Of a stretch of 64,000 bases of DNA, positions 38,901 to 53,250 are shown piece after piece. This DNA comes from Heterodontus francisci. Taxonomy: Eukaryota. Made by a program: the position numbers and the translations under genes. Every line of letters begins with the position of its first letter. The stretch's first letter is position 1. The notes beneath the pieces were generated by a model. It saw only the letters and a list, made by a program, of their open reading frames with translations. It did not search any database and was not told where the DNA came from. The stretch is from contig NC_090374.1 of the NCBI RefSeq assembly GCF_036365525.1, positions 149,819,804-149,883,803 of the forward strand, given 5' to 3'.

Positions 38901-39787
38901 AATAGAATATATGGCTCAAGGGGCTCAAATAGAACAAAACAGAAGGGAAGTGGTTGAAAGAACAATAGGTGAAAGTTACAATTGCTGACTTGTCCCACAG
39001 AGAGAGGAGTAAAAAAGCAACTTTTTGTTTTCGGAAAGAGGTGAACAGCAGTAGATAGTACCAAGATTGTCTCAGTGGAGGAACGAATAGACATTAAAGG
39101 AACAAAATTTGGAATCAAATGTTGGTAGGTAAAATATCAGGGATAGGCACCAACTTGTTGCACCACAGACATTTGACGAAATTATTGACTCAGCCACGAA
39201 CATAGGGGCGATTAATCTGTATATAAAGTATATATCCAATCTAATGCCATTGAAACTGAGTCCAATTTAAAACACATTTCTCCCTATAAATAAAGTAGCT
39301 AAGCATACATATATCAATGGAGAGCAGAATGACTGTATTAGCTAACTAGCAAGCAAAATAGTATGCAATGCCAATGTGAATTATTTTTGCAATTACTTTT
39401 GCTGCTAGGTTATTTTAAAACACAAGGTTAAAGGCTTGAAGCAGGGGTGCCCAACATTTTTGCATGGGGTGGGGGGGGGGGGGCGGGGGTGTGGTGCCAC
39501 TTGACAGTTTTTGTCTTACATGGGGCTGGTGAGACAATTTCAGAAAGATGGAGGCATTAAAAATGTATCTTATTATTAATCAGAACAACAACAAAGGTGC
39601 ATTTTTTTGAAGAAGCTTTAAATGAGAAGACTAATTTATTGACATACTTTCTGATCACTATGTTGGACACTGATTTAGTGAGACACCAGCCATTTTTTTG
39701 CTTGCATACGTAGTCAATGTTTGCCTGCACACTTGCTGTAGCAATGCGGAGTACTCCAGATAGATGTCCATTGTCAGGAGTGATCTT

Positions 39788-39821
<34 letters not shown>

Positions 39822-40249
39822 TCCTCCCTCCAACCCTCCAATTGGACAAGTTCATGGTTTTCCGGCAGTCTTTTAAAACAGGTCGGAACCCACTGGAAAA
39901 CCCTGAACTTGTCCAAATTGGAAGCAGCTGTTCCCACTCTGAGCATGTCAGCTGTGAAACTGAAACTGATGGCTGCAGGTTTTTTTTAAATGGACTGGTT
40001 GAAAGTAGAAGTCAATGGGAATCTTCTCATGCCTGAAATTAGCAGTAACGGACATCAAGATTTTTACCACAGACAGTGGTGTCCATGTTCGGACACTTTG
40101 CCGACCCCTGTAAAATAGTAACTGAGCAATGACAGTTCTTCAAAGCGGAGGTAGTTTGAGTACAGACAAGACACATTATCCCGAGAGACAAAGGAAAGGC
40201 ATCCAAAGCTTGAGTTCTCTGGGTGACTAAAGATATACAAATAAAAATT

Positions 40250-43200
40250 AAGCAGAAAAAAAGGCTTATTATAAATGCCAAGTTCATCATTCACTAGAGA
40301 ATCAAACTGAATACAGAAAGTCCAGAGGATAAATGAAAAAGAAAGTAAGAGGGGTAAAGAGAGTATATGAGAATAAATTAGTGACTAACATAAAAGGGAA
40401 CTCAAAATCCTTTTATAAACATAAATAGTAAATGGAAGGATGGGCCCAATTAGGGAACAAAAAGGAGATCTTATGGAGGCAGAGAGCATGACTGAGGTAC
40501 TAAATGAGTACTTTGCATCTGTCTTCACTAAAGAAGAGAATGCTGCCAATGTCACAGCAAAGGAGAAGGTAGCAGAGAAATTGGATAGGATAAAGATAGA
40601 TAAAGAGGCAGTACTTAAAAAGGTTGGCAGCACTCAAAGTAGAAAAATCACCTGGTCCAGATGGAATGCATCCTAAGTTGCTGAAGGAAGTAAGGGTGCA
40701 AATAGTGAGGCTCTGGCCACAATCTACTGATCCTCCTTGGATATGGGAGTGGTGCCAGAGGACTGAAGTATTGAAAATATTATAGCTGTGTTCAAATAAA
40801 AAGTGTATGGGATAAACTCGAGAATTACAGGCCAGTCAGCCAAATGACGGTGGTGGGAAAACTTTCAGAGACAGTAATCTGAAACAATATTTATTGTCAC
40901 TTGGAAAAATATGGGTTAATGAATGAATGAGAATCAGCACAGATTTGTTAAAGGCAAATTATGTTTGACTGACTATTACTTCAAAGAACTTGATCAAGTT
41001 CGAGAGGGTACTGCAGCTGTTGTGTATATATGGAGTTTCAAAAATGTTTCATAAAGTACCACATAATAGTCTTGTTAGCAAAATTGAAGCCCATGGGCTT
41101 AAAGGAGCAATGGCTGCATGGATACAAAATTGGTTAAGGAACAGAAATTGGTGGGTAGTGGTGAACATAAGAAATAGGAGCAGGAGTTGGCTATATGGCC
41201 CCTCGAGCCTGCTTTGCCATTCAATAAGATCATGGCTGATCTTCGACCTTAACTCCACTTTCTCGCCAGATCCCCACATCCCTTGATTCCCTTGGAGTTC
41301 AATAATCTATCCGCCTCAGGCTTGAATGTACTTAATGACTGAGCGTCTACAGCCCTCTGAATTTTCTACCCCAAAGATTCACTACCTTTTGAGTGAAGAA
41401 ATTTTTGCTCATCTTTGAATGGCTGACCCATTATCCTGAGACTCCCTAGTTCTAGATTCTCCAGACAGTGGGAACAGCTTCTCAGTATCTACCCTGTCAA
41501 ACCCACTCAGAATCTTATATGTTTCAATAAGGATCACCTTTCATTCTTCTAAACTCCAGAGAGTGTAGCACGAGTTTACTCAATCTCTCCTTATAGGATA
41601 ATGCTCTCATCTCTGGAATCAATCTAATAAATCTTAATTGCACCCCCTCTAAGGCAAGTATATCTTTCCTTAGGTATGGAGACCACATTTATCCACAGTA
41701 CTCCAGATGTGTTCTCACCAAAGCCCAGTACAATTACAGCAAGACTTCCTCACTGTTAAGAACTACGAACATCCGAATTAGGAGCAGGAGTAGGCCACTC
41801 TGCCCTTCGAGCCTGCTCCGCCATTCAATAAGTTCATGGCTGAACTGATTATTTCACATTTCCACCTGCCCCTGATAACCTTCACCCCCTTGCTTATGAA
41901 GAATCTATCTATCTCTGCCTTAAAAATATTCAAAGACTCTGTGTCCACCGTCTTTTGAGGAAGAGAATTCCAAACACGACCCACTGAGAGAAAAAATTTC
42001 TCCTCCTCTCTGTTTTAAATGGGCGACCCCTTATTTTTAAACAGTGACCCCTAGTTCTAGATTCTCCCACAAGGGCAAACATCCTTTCCACATCCACCCT
42101 GTCAAGACCCTTCAGGATCTTATATGTTTCAATCAAGTCGCCTTTTACTCTTCTAAATTCCAGCAGATACAAGCCTAGCCAATCTTTCCTCATAAGACAG
42201 CCGCCCATTCCAGGTATTAGTCTAGTAAACCTTCTCTGAACTGCTTCCAACGCATTTACATCCTTCCTTAAATAAGGAGACCAATACTATACACAGTACT
42301 CCAGATGTGGTCTCACCAATGCCCTGTATAACTGAAGCATACCCTCCCTAATTTTGTATTCCATTCCCCTTGTGATAAAAGATAACATTCTATTAGCTTT
42401 CCTAATTACATGCTGTACCTGCATACTAACCTTTTGCGATTCATGCACTAGTACATCCAGATCCCTCTGCATCTCAGAGCTCTGCAATCTCTCACCATTT
42501 TGATAATATGCTTCTTTATTATTCTTCCTGCCAAAGTGGACAATTTCCCACTTTCCCACATTATACTCCATTTGCCAGGTCTTTGCCCACTCACTTAACC
42601 TATCTATATCCCTTTGTAGCTCCCTTATGTCCTCTTCACAAGTTACTTTCCTACCAATCTTTGTGTCATCAGCAAATTTAGCAACCATACCTTCAGCTGC
42701 TTCATCTAAGTCATTTATATAAATTGTAAAAAGTTGAGGCCCCAGCATTGATCCCTGTGACACATCACTCGTTACATTTTGCCAACCAGAAAATGACCCA
42801 TTTATGCCCACTGTCTGTTTCCTGTTAGCTAGCCAGGCTTCTATCCATACCAATAAGTTACCCCCTACACCATGAGTTTTTATTTTCTGCAAGAACCTTT
42901 GATGTGGCACCTTATCAAATGCCTTCTGGAAATCTAAGTACAATACATCCACCGGTTGTATTCCAACCCTTTGCAGTAAAGGCCAACATACAATTGCTTT
43001 CTTTATTGCTTGCTGTACCTGCATGTTAACTTTGTGTGTTTTGTATACATTGGCTCCCAAATCCCACTGAACACCAACATTAAATTGTTTCTCACCATTT
43101 AAAAAATATTCTGTTTTTCTATTCTTGCCAAAGTGAATAACCTCACTTCGTTTGCACATTATACTACAGCAGTTGTTCTTTCAGACTGGAGGGAAATGTA

Positions 43201-45340
43201 CAGTGATGTTCCCCAGTGGTTGGTATTTGGACCACTGCCCTTTTTGATCTACGTTAATGACCTGGACTTAAGTACAAAGGGCCTGATTTCAAAGTTTGCA
43301 GATGGCATGAAACTCAGAAACTAGTAAGCAGTCAAGAGGATAGGAACAAATTTCAGTTGTCATGTGTCTGCCCATATCACCAGTCTTTCTATGCCCTCCT
43401 GAAATCTAACACTGTGAAGTGGAGGTGTATTTTTATAGGAAGAATAAGGAGAGGCAATATAAACCAAATGGTACAATTTTAAAGGAGGTACAGGAACAGA
43501 GAGACCTGGAGGTATATGTACACAAATCTTTGAAGGAGTAAGGACAATTTTGGAAGGCTGATAAGACTTACAGGATCCTTGGCTTTATAAATCAAGGCAT
43601 AAGAGTAAAAAAAGGAAGAAGTTATGCTAAAGCTTTCCTGTCCAGCCATTCAATATGATCATGGCTGATCATCCACTTCATGCCTTTTTCACACATTATC
43701 CTCATATCCCCTTATTTCATTGGTATTTAGAAATCTGTCAATGTCTGCTTTAAACATACTCAATGACTGAGCTTCCACAGCCCTCTGGGGTATAGAATTC
43801 CAAAGATTCACAATCCTCTGAGTAAAGAAATTTCTCCTCATCTTTGTCCTAAATGGCTTCCCCCTTATTTTGAAATTGTGTCCCCTGATTCTAGATTCCC
43901 CAACCAGGGAAAACATCTTAGCTGCACTTACCCTGTCTATCCCTTTAAGTATTTTGTAGGTTTCAATGAGATCACCTCTCATTCTTCAAAACTATAGAGA
44001 ATACAGGCCCAGTTTCCCCAATCTCTCTTCATAGGACAGTCCTGCCATCCCAGGAACAAGACTGGTGAACCTTCGTTGCACTGTCTCTATGGCAACAATA
44101 TCCTTCTTAAGGTAAGGGGACCAAAACTGCACACAGTACTCCGGGTGTGATCTAACCAAGGTTCTATACAATTGAAGCAAGACTTCACTACTACTGTACT
44201 CAAATCCTCTTGCTATAAAGGCTGACATACCATTAGCCTTCCTAATTGCTTGCTGCAACCTGCATGTTAGCTTTCAGTGACTTATTGACAAGGAAATCCA
44301 GGTACATATACCTTTTGCACATATACACTTCCTAATCTCTTACCATTTAAGAAATACTCTGCACATCTGTTCCTCCTACCAAAGTGAATAACCTCACATT
44401 TTTTCACATTATATTCCATCTGCCACATTCTTGCCCACTTACTAAGTCTTTCCAAATCCCCTTGAAGCTGCTTTGCATCTTCCTCACAACACACATTCCC
44501 ACCAGGGGTTAGACCCCAACTGGAGTACAGCAGCCAATTCTGGGCACTGCACTTTAGGAAGGATGTCAAGGCCTTAGAGGAGATTTACTAGAATAGTACC
44601 AGGGATGAGAGACTTCAGTTATGTGAAAGGACTGGAGAAGCTGGAGTTCTCCTTGGAGTAGAGCAAGTGAAGAGGAGATTTGGGAGACGTACCTAAAATC
44701 ATGAATGGTTTTGACAGTTTCTCCTTTACTCTATCTCCAGTAGCAGAAGGGTTGGTAACTAGAGGACATAGATTTAAGGTAATTGGCAAAACAACCAGAG
44801 GTGACATGAGAGAAGGAAAATATGCACAGCGAGTTGTTATGATCTGGAATGCACTGCCTGAAAGGCCCACCGTGTCTGTGCCGACCATCAACCACCCATT
44901 TAGACTAATCCTACACTAATTCCATATTCCTATCACATCCACACCTGTCCCTATATTTCCCTACTACCTACCTATACTAGGGGCAATTTATAATGGCCAA
45001 TTTACCTATCAACCTGCAAGTCTTTGGCATGTGGGAGGAAACTGGAGCACCCGGAGGAAACCCATGCAGACACAGGGAGAACTTGTAAACTCCACACAGG
45101 CAGTACCCAGAATTGAACCCGGGTCGCTGGAGCTGCGGTGCTAGCCACTGCACCACTGTGGAAGCAGATTTCAATAATAACTTTCAAAAGGAAATTGGAT
45201 AAGTACTTGAAGAGGAAGATTTGCAGGGATATGGGGAAAGGGCAGGAGAGTAGAATGAATTGGATAATTCTTTCAAAGAGCCACCACGGGAACAATGGGC
45301 TGAATGGCCTACTTTGATGCTGTATTGTTCTATGATTCTA
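40250..45340. mobile_element. Nested CR1 cluster: old + strand CR1 interrupted by antisense CR1s (~41164-43160 with a further nested 41758-42955; ~43636-44500) and a SINE
   Basis: + fragments EVLNEYFASVFTKE, FHKVPH, ISKFADG and IWNALP are colinear across the gaps; - fragments DFQKAFDKVPH, KFADDTK, LVRPHLEYCV with their own 3' tails. Confidence 0.85.
44864..45160 (-). mobile_element. HE1/V-SINE-like SINE
   Basis: Reverse complement of the SINE at 5231-5585. Confidence 0.85.
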
Positions 45341-45559
45341 TGAAAAGGGTGTGGAACCAGCTATAAAGAGGGCAGTAAAAATGCAGGAGGCAGGGCACGC
45401 ACACAGCAATAATGAAGTAGGAAAAATAAAAAGAAGGAGAATTGTAAGTGCAGAAAATCTGAGATAAAAACTGGAAATGTTGGAAACTCATCACAATTCT
45501 GTCAACACCTGTCAGGCACAACGCTCAAGCACTCACCCTTTCTGAAGTCATCCTCCGAT

Positions 45560-46010
45560 AGTGTTAGCTTTTCATTAACAAAGCATCTTTCTCAACCTCA
45601 GGTATTCCCAAAGCACTTCACAGCCAATGGAGTATTTTTGAAATGTAGTCACTTGTAATATAGGAAACAATTTGTACATAGCAATGTTCCACAAGCAACA
45701 ATGAGATAATGACTAGATAATTTGTTTTTAGGTGTTGGTTGAGGGATAAATATTGGCCAGAACTCTGAGAATTCAAATGGTGCCATGGGATCTTTTACAT
45801 CCACCTGAGAGGGCAGAAAGGGCCTCGATTTAACATCTCATCCAAAAGATGCCACCTCCAACAATGCAGCACTCCCTCAATACCACATTAAAGTGTCAGC
45901 ATATATTATGTGCTCAAGAACCTGGAGTGGACTTGAGCCCACAATCTTCAAAGGCAGATCTTCACAATCTGTTCAGAGGCAAAAGTGCTACCCCTGAATC
46001 ACTGTTGACA
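45560..46010 (-). mobile_element. DeuSINE/SacSINE1-like SINE abutting the GRHPR exon 2 acceptor
   Basis: Homologous to 21290-21630 (AAGCACTTCACAGCCAATG, GATAAATATTGGCCAG, CACCTGAGAGGGCAGA). Confidence 0.6.
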
Positions 46011-46048
46011 CCTAATGAGTCCATTTTGTTTTTTTCCCTTTGTTTCAG

Positions 46049-46179
46049 CTGTGATATTACACAATGGGATTCTGATGACCCTGTCCCTCGTTCAGATTTG
46101 CTGAAAGGAGTTGCTGGAGCAGATGGATTGTACTGTTTATTGACTGAGAAAATAGATGAAGAACTTTTAGAGGCAGCAG
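46049..46179 (+). CDS. GRHPR: GRHPR coding exon 2 (131 nt)
   Basis: Polypyrimidine tract plus CAG acceptor, GT donor; CDITQWDSDDPVPRSDLLKGVAGADGLYCLLTEKIDEELLEAA resembles human [43 protein letters not shown]. Confidence 0.95.
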
Positions 46180-46270
46180 GTACAATTATACAGCCTTTTT
46201 ACTGAGGTGCTTTGTGATTGTAAAATTTCAAAATCTGAGGTGTGTAATGATGTCTTTTATTTGCAACAAG

Positions 46271-46858
46271 CACATAAGAATGTAAGAACATAACAAATAG
46301 GAATAGACCTTATGGCCCATTGAGCCTGCTCCGCCATTCAGTACCATCATGGCTGATCTTCAGCTTCAAATCCACTTTCCCACCGACTCCCCCTGTCCCT
46401 TGATTCCCTGAGAGACTAAAAATCTGTTCATCTCAACCTCAAATATATTCAACGCTGAAGCATCCACAACTCTCTGGGGTAGAGAATTCCAAAGATTCAC
46501 AATCCTTTGAGTGAAGAAATTTCTCTTCATCTCAGTCCTAAATGATTTGCCAATTATCCTGAGACTGTGCCCCCGTGTTCTAGATTACCTGACCAGCGGA
46601 AACAACCTCTCAGTGTCTACGCTGTCAAGCCCCTTCAGAATCTTGTATGTTTCAATGAGATCACCTCTCTTTCTTCTAAACTCCAGAGAATATAGAGCCA
46701 ATTTACACAGCCTCTCATCATAGGACAACTCTCTCATCTCAGGGATCAATCTACTGAACTTTTGCTGTATCACTTCCAATGCAAGTATATCCTTCCTTGT
46801 ATATCGAGACCAAAACTGCGTACAGTACTCCAGGTGTGGTCTCAACAAGGCCCTAGAA
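46271..46858 (-). mobile_element. CR1 3' fragment
   Basis: LRPHLEYCTQFWS...GDLIETYKIL; (CATAAGAA)n tail. Confidence 0.8.
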
Positions 46859-46861
46859 CAA

Positions 46862-49650
46862 TTAGAGTCATAGAGTTTTACAGCACAGAAACAGGCCCTT
46901 CAGCCCAACATGCCTGCACCGACCATCAAGCACCCGTCCTAACTGATCCCATTTTCCCGCACTTGGCCCATAGCCTTGTATGTTATGGTGTTTCAAGTGC
47001 TCATCTAAATATTTCTTGAATGTTGTGACTGTTCCTGCCTCTACCACCTCTTCAGACAGTGTGTTCCAGATTCCAACCAACCTCTGGGTGAAAAAATTCC
47101 TCCTCAACTCCCCTCTAAACCTCCTGCCCCTTACCTTCAATCTACGCCCCCTAGTTATTGACCTCTCCACTAAGGGAAAAAGTTTCTTCCTATTTATCCT
47201 ATCAATGCCCCTCATAATTTTGTATACCTCAATCAGGTCCCCCCTCAGCCTTCTCCGCTCCAAGGAAGCAACCGCAGTCTATCTAGCCTGTCTTCATAGC
47301 TGAAATGCTCCAGCCCAGGCAACATCCTGGTGAATCTCCTCTGCACCCTCTCCATTGCAATCACCTCCTTCCTATAGTGTGGTGACCAGAACTGTACACT
47401 GTACTCCAACTGTGGCCTAACTAGCGTTTTATACAGCTCCATCATAACCCCCCTGCTCTTATATTCTGTGCCTCAGCCAATAAAAGCAAGTATCCCATAT
47501 GCCTTCCTAACCACCTTATCTACCTGTGCTGCTGCCTTCAGTGATCTTTGGACAAGCACCTCAAGGTCTCTCTGACCCTCTGTACTCCCTAGGGTCCTAC
47601 CATCCATTGTATATTCCACTGCCTTGTTAGACCTCCCAAAGTGCATCACCTCACACTTCTCAGGATTAAACTCCATTTGCCACCGCTCCGCCCATCTTAC
47701 CAGCCCATCTATATCGTCCTGTAATCTAAGGCTTTCCACCACACTATTTATGACACCACCAATTTTCATGTCGTCTGCGAACTTACTGATCATACCCCCT
47801 ATATTTACGTCTAAATCATTAATGTACACTACAAACAGCAAGTGTCCCAGCACCGATCCCTGCGGTACACCACTGGTCACAGGCTTCCACTCGCAGAAAC
47901 AACCCTCTACCATCACCCTCTGCCTCCTGCCACTAAGCCAATTTTCAGTCCAATTTGCCAAATTACCCTGGATCCCATGGGCCTTTACTTTCTTAACCAA
48001 TCTCCCATGCGGGACCTTATCAACAGCCTTACTGAAGTCCATGTAGACTACATCAACTGCTTTATCCTCATCTACACCTCTAGTCACCTCCTTGAAAAAT
48101 TCAATCAAATTTGTTAGACATGATCGCCCCCTGACAAAGCCAAGCTGACCGTCGCTGATTAATCCCTGCCTCTTCAAGTGGAGATTAATCCTGTCTCTCA
48201 GAATTTTTTCCAGTAATTTCCCTACCACTGATGTTAGACTCACCGGCCTGTAATTGACTGGTTCATCCCTGCTACCCTTCCTAAATAATGGTACCACATT
48301 CGCTGTCCTCCAATCCTCTGGTACCTCTCCTGTGGCCAGAGAGGATTTGAAAATTTGTGTCAGAGCACCCGCTATCTCCTCCCTTGCCTCACGTAGCAGC
48401 CTGGGATACATCTCATCTGGGCCTGGGGATTTATCCACCTTCAAGCCCGCTAATACTTCCTCCTTTTCAATGCTAATTTGATCAAGTATATCACAATCCC
48501 CTTCCCTGATCACTACACCTACATCTTTCCTCTCCATAGTGAACACAGATGAAAAATAATCGTTCAAAACCTCCCCTATGTCCTCCGGCTCCGCACACAG
48601 ATTGCCTCAATGATCCCTAATGGGCCCCACTTTTTCCCTGGTTATCCTCTTGCCCCCAGCATACTTATAAAACACCTTGGGATTTTCCTTAATCTTGTCT
48701 GCCAGTGATTTTTCATGCCCCCTTTTCGCTCTCCTAATTACTTTTTGAAGTATTCCCCTACACTTTCTATACTCCCCTAGGGACTCTGCTGTTTTCAGCA
48801 CTCTGAATCTGCCATACGCCACCTTTTTTTTCCTTATCCAATCCTCTATATCCCTTGACATCCAGGGTTTCCTTGACCTGTTGGTCCTACTCTTCACCTT
48901 TACAGGAACATGCTGCACCTGAACCCTCACAATTTCCCTTCTAAATGACTCCCACTGGTCTGATGTTGACTTTCCTGTAAGAAGCTGCTCCCAGTTCACT
49001 TTGGCCAGATCCTGTTTTATCATATTGAAATCTGCTTTCCCCCAATTCAGTACTCTTATTTCCGGTCCCTCTATGTCCTTTTCCATAACAATCTTAAATC
49101 TTACGGAGTTATAGTCACTATCCTGGAAATGCTCCCCCACTGCCACTTCTAACACTTGTCCGGCTTCATTCCCTAGGATTAACACCAGTACCGCTCCTCC
49201 TCTTGTAGGACTCTCTACGTGCTGACTCAAAAAGCTCTCCTGAATACACTTGAAGAATTCTGCCCCCTTTAAGCTTTTTGCTCTGAGACTATCCCCTCTA
49301 ATATAGGGAAAGTTGAAATCCCCTACCATTATTGCCCTATTATTTTTCCACCTCTCTGAGATTTGCCTACATATCTGCTCCTCTATCACTGCCTGACTGT
49401 TTGGAGGTCTGTAGTACACTCCCAGCCAAGTGACTGCCCCCTTTTTGTTTTTAAGTTCTACCCATATGGCCTCATTAGAGGAGCCTTCCAGGATATCATC
49501 CCTCCTTACTGCAGTAATTGACTCCTTAATCAACAGTGCAATGCCACCTCCTCTTTTACCCCCTCCCCTGTCACGTCTGAAGATTCTATACCCTGGAATA
49601 TTAAGCTGCCAGTCCTGCTCTTCCCTCAACCATGTCTCAGTAATAGCAAT
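46862..49650 (-). mobile_element. 5'-truncated CR1 LINE (endonuclease part plus RT, frameshifted)
   Basis: ORFs 48607-49629, 47473-48567, 47245-47445 and 46868-47263 with GDFNFP, KSPGPD, GVPQGSVLG, KFADD. Confidence 0.95.
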
Positions 49651-50421
49651 AAAACAGTACGTCTCATCGGATGGTGATTGGCAGCTGACTTTCCCCTACG
49701 TGGTGCATAGGGCACTGAGGCTAATTGTAGGGCTCCTACCATTGCCAAATGAAGATTAGTTAACAGGGTGTGGAACCTGAATCCATTTGGGTCTGTACGG
49801 TTCAGTTACACATTGGCTTCACCAAATGGGGGAAAAGTTAGTTCTTGTTATTAATAAGGCTGTACACACTGCGATTGTAGCTAACTATTGTCATCAAAGT
49901 GGGATGTTACTAGTCAGATCTGACCTTTGTGTCCTTTGGTGGGCCTTCTCTGTGCCTAATGGCGCATGAGGCAACCCATTTTCTCCACTGTTTTTACATC
50001 CAGCAGATCGTGCTCTGGGTTGTTCCTGTAACAAAGGAAACAGGTTGTTAGCCTGACTCTCAACTCACTGCCAGGAAAAACAGCTAGATGTGATGGAGAC
50101 ATTGCCACTCCACACCCATTGTACCTAACTACCCCACTGGATGGCAACCCAATACTTGGAGACTAGAATGCTCATCTCCAGAACTGTCTGGAGTGGGTCT
50201 CAAATGCATAACCTTCCAACTCCGAGGCAGAAATTCTGCCGCTGAACAAAGGCTCACTTTGGCCTTCAGTTAGAAGCTTGAAATTTATAACAACTCCCAT
50301 CATTAGTAATAGAATTCTATCTAGTAAAAGATGAAAACTCTTTAATTCTGAGGTTAAGTTTAACATTGTGCCAAAATGCTAAGTTAACTTGGTTTCATTT
50401 CGAGATTTTTTTCTGATACAG

Positions 50422-50494
50422 GTCCGAACCTGAAAGTTATCAGTACCATGTCTGTGGGGTTTGATCATCTCTCTCTAAAAGAAATAAAAAAAAG
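50422..50494 (+). CDS. GRHPR: GRHPR coding exon 3 (73 nt)
   Basis: ACAG acceptor, GTTAAG donor; [25 protein letters not shown] vs human [25 protein letters not shown]. Confidence 0.95.
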
Positions 50495-50770
50495 GTTAAG
50501 TATTTTAAAATAAAATTCAGTATTATTGATTTCATACACTAAGAGACCCTGATGCTCTATGTTATAGCCTTATTAACTTAACTATTTGTTACAGATTGTA
50601 GTATTTAACAAACTATGCTGCAATGTGCAATCCTTGTTGTCGGAAGACAGTTTTCCTTATTTAGAAATATTGGTATCTGATATCTACACTCCTAGCAAAT
50701 ATATAATTTTGGAACTGAGTAATGCAGTGGATTAGACCCTCACCTTTCTCCTCTGGGACTTGATGCATTA

Positions 50771-52242
50771 TTGGTTACCTTTCAAACTTCTATAGATTCT
50801 GGAAGGGTTCCTGCCGACTGGAAAGTAGCAAATGTAACCCCACTATTTAAGAAAGGAGTGAGAGAGAAAATGGAGAAATACAAACCTGTTAGTTTGACAT
50901 CAGTAGTAGGGAAAATGTTAGAATCTATTATAAATGATGTGATAACTGGACACTTGGAAAATAATGATATGATTGGGCAGAGCCAACATGGATTTATGAA
51001 AGGAAAATCATGTTTGACAAGATTTAAGATTGTTATGGAAACGATTTTTGAGGATGTTACATGTAGCATAAAGGAGAACCAGTGGATGTGGTGTATTTGA
51101 ATTTTCAGAAGGCTTTTGATAAGGTCCCACACAGCGGGTTAGTAAACAATTTTAGAGCACATGTGATTGAGGGTAATATACTGCAATGGATTAAGAATTG
51201 GTTAACAGACAGAAAACAGAGAGTGAGAATAAACGGGTCATTTTCAGGATGGTAGGTCGTTATTAGTGGGGTACCACAAGGATCAGTGCTGACGCCACAG
51301 CTGTTCACAATCTATATAAATTATTTGGATGTGGGGGCCAAATGTAATATATCCAAATTTGCTGATGACACAAAACTAGGAGGGAATGTAAGTTGTGAGG
51401 AGGATGCAAGGAGGCTTCAAGGGGATTTGGACAGGTTAAGTGAATGGGCAAGATCATGCCGGATGGACTATAATGTGAATAAGTGCGAAGTGATCCACTT
51501 TGGTAGAAAAAACAGAAAAGCAGAGTATTTATTAAATGTTGAGAGGTTGGGAAGTGTTGATGTCCAAAGGGACCTGTGTCCTCGTTCATGAATCACTAAA
51601 AGCTAGTATACAGGTGCAGCAAGCAATTTGGAAGGCAAATGGTATTTTGGCCTTCATTGCAAGGGGATTTGAGTACAGGAGCAAAGATGTCTTGCTGCAA
51701 TTATATAGATCCTTGGTGGGACTGTACCTGGGGTGCAGCTTTGGTCTCCTTATCTAAGGAAGGAAATACTTGCCATAGAGGGAGTGCAGTGGAGCTCACC
51801 AGACTAATCCCTGGGATGGCGGATTGTCTTATGAGGAGAGATTGCAGAAACTGGGCCTGTATTTGCTAGAGTTTCGAAGAATGAGGTGAACTCATTGAAA
51901 CTTACAAAATTAAGATGTGGATAGGATGTTTCCTCTGGCTGGTGAGTCTAGAACCAAGTCTCAGAATAAGGGGTAGGCCATTTAAAACTGAGATGAGGAG
52001 GAATTTCTTTACTCAGAGGGTGGTGAATCTTTGGAATTCTCTACCGTAGAGGGCAGTGGAAGCTCAATCATTGAGTATGTTCAAGACAGAAATCGATAGA
52101 TTTCTGGATCCTCATGACATCAAGGGATATGGGGATACTGGGGGAAAATGGCATGGAGGTAGATGATCTGTTTGAATGGTGGAGCAAGCTCAATGGGCCG
52201 AATGGCCTACTTCTGCTCCTATTTCCTATGTTCGTATGTTCT
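50771..52242 (+). mobile_element. Decayed 5'-truncated CR1 LINE
   Basis: VPADWKVANVTPLFKKG, QHGFMKGKSCLT, ISKFADDTKLGG; TATGTTCGTATGTTC tail. Confidence 0.85.
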
Positions 52243-53133
52243 AAAGAACACCTGATGACTAGCACATAAAGGGCTTGTGGTACATTTAAAGAAATGTTTT
52301 CACTTCATTGCTGTACTCTGTGTCCCCTTTAATTCTGAGGCTGCATCTTCTCAGATTTCTGTTCTTGCAGAAAACCGGACCCTTGGGACTCCCCAGATTT
52401 TAGTTTGCTAGTGCCAATTGCACTGTTTCTTCAATTCTAGTTGTTCCAGATGACACTAATACCAACACCGCAAAATAAAATTAACTTGAAATAAAGCACA
52501 TACAGAATGGCACAGTTCTATATAATGGCTGCTAAATGCCCACATCTAAGATGATGCACTCTGTCCCTTCAGGAGTTTCTGACCTTTTCTATCAGAAGCC
52601 TCATTTATCACAGAGACTCTCGGTCATGTCCCTTTTTTTCTCGCACTCATTGTGGCAGCCCCACAATCACCCCTGTTTATATATCCTTTTTCTCTTTGAT
52701 TTGTCCAGATATCATTGTGAGTTCAATGAGATGAGAAACTGTGAATCTGTGTTTCAGTGTCTTATTTACTCATCTGTCTCTGGTAATGTGCCAAGTTTTC
52801 AAGCAGATAGAATAGGTGTTGCTCACAGCTCAAGAATGGGGTCTGCTTGATGTGATTAGAACGTCAAAACAGTCTGAGGATAACAAACAAAGGATAATTC
52901 CTGCAGTAAAAACAAGAAATGATGGAACCACTCAGCAGGTCTGGCAGCATCTCTGCAGCATTCCTGCAGTGCTGATTGGTTGGTCTCTGGTTTCCAGGCA
53001 TGAGACAGACCCTTCCTTTAGCTTTAAATTTATACAAAAAAATTTCAAGACAATTTTTAAATTTATACAGTGACCTGAGCACTGGGCCTGTTGCACAGTT
53101 GAATACTAATTACCATATTTCCTGTGTTTGAAG

Positions 53134-53250
53134 GGGAATCCGAGTGGGCTACACCCCAGATGTCCTGACCAATGCCACTGCAGAACTCACCGTGGCCTTG
53201 CTCCTGGCAACAGCTCGTCGACTGATGGAGGCAGTAGCTGAAGCCAAAAA
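53134..53250 (+). CDS. GRHPR: GRHPR coding exon 4 (117 nt)
   Basis: AAG acceptor, GTAAAC donor; [38 protein letters not shown] vs human [38 protein letters not shown]. Confidence 0.95.

Noticed and set aside
39442-39990. hAT-like end CAGGGGTGCCCAAC and adjacent DNA-transposon-like sequence
   Set aside because: Could not find a matching right TIR or TSD, so boundaries are unsupported
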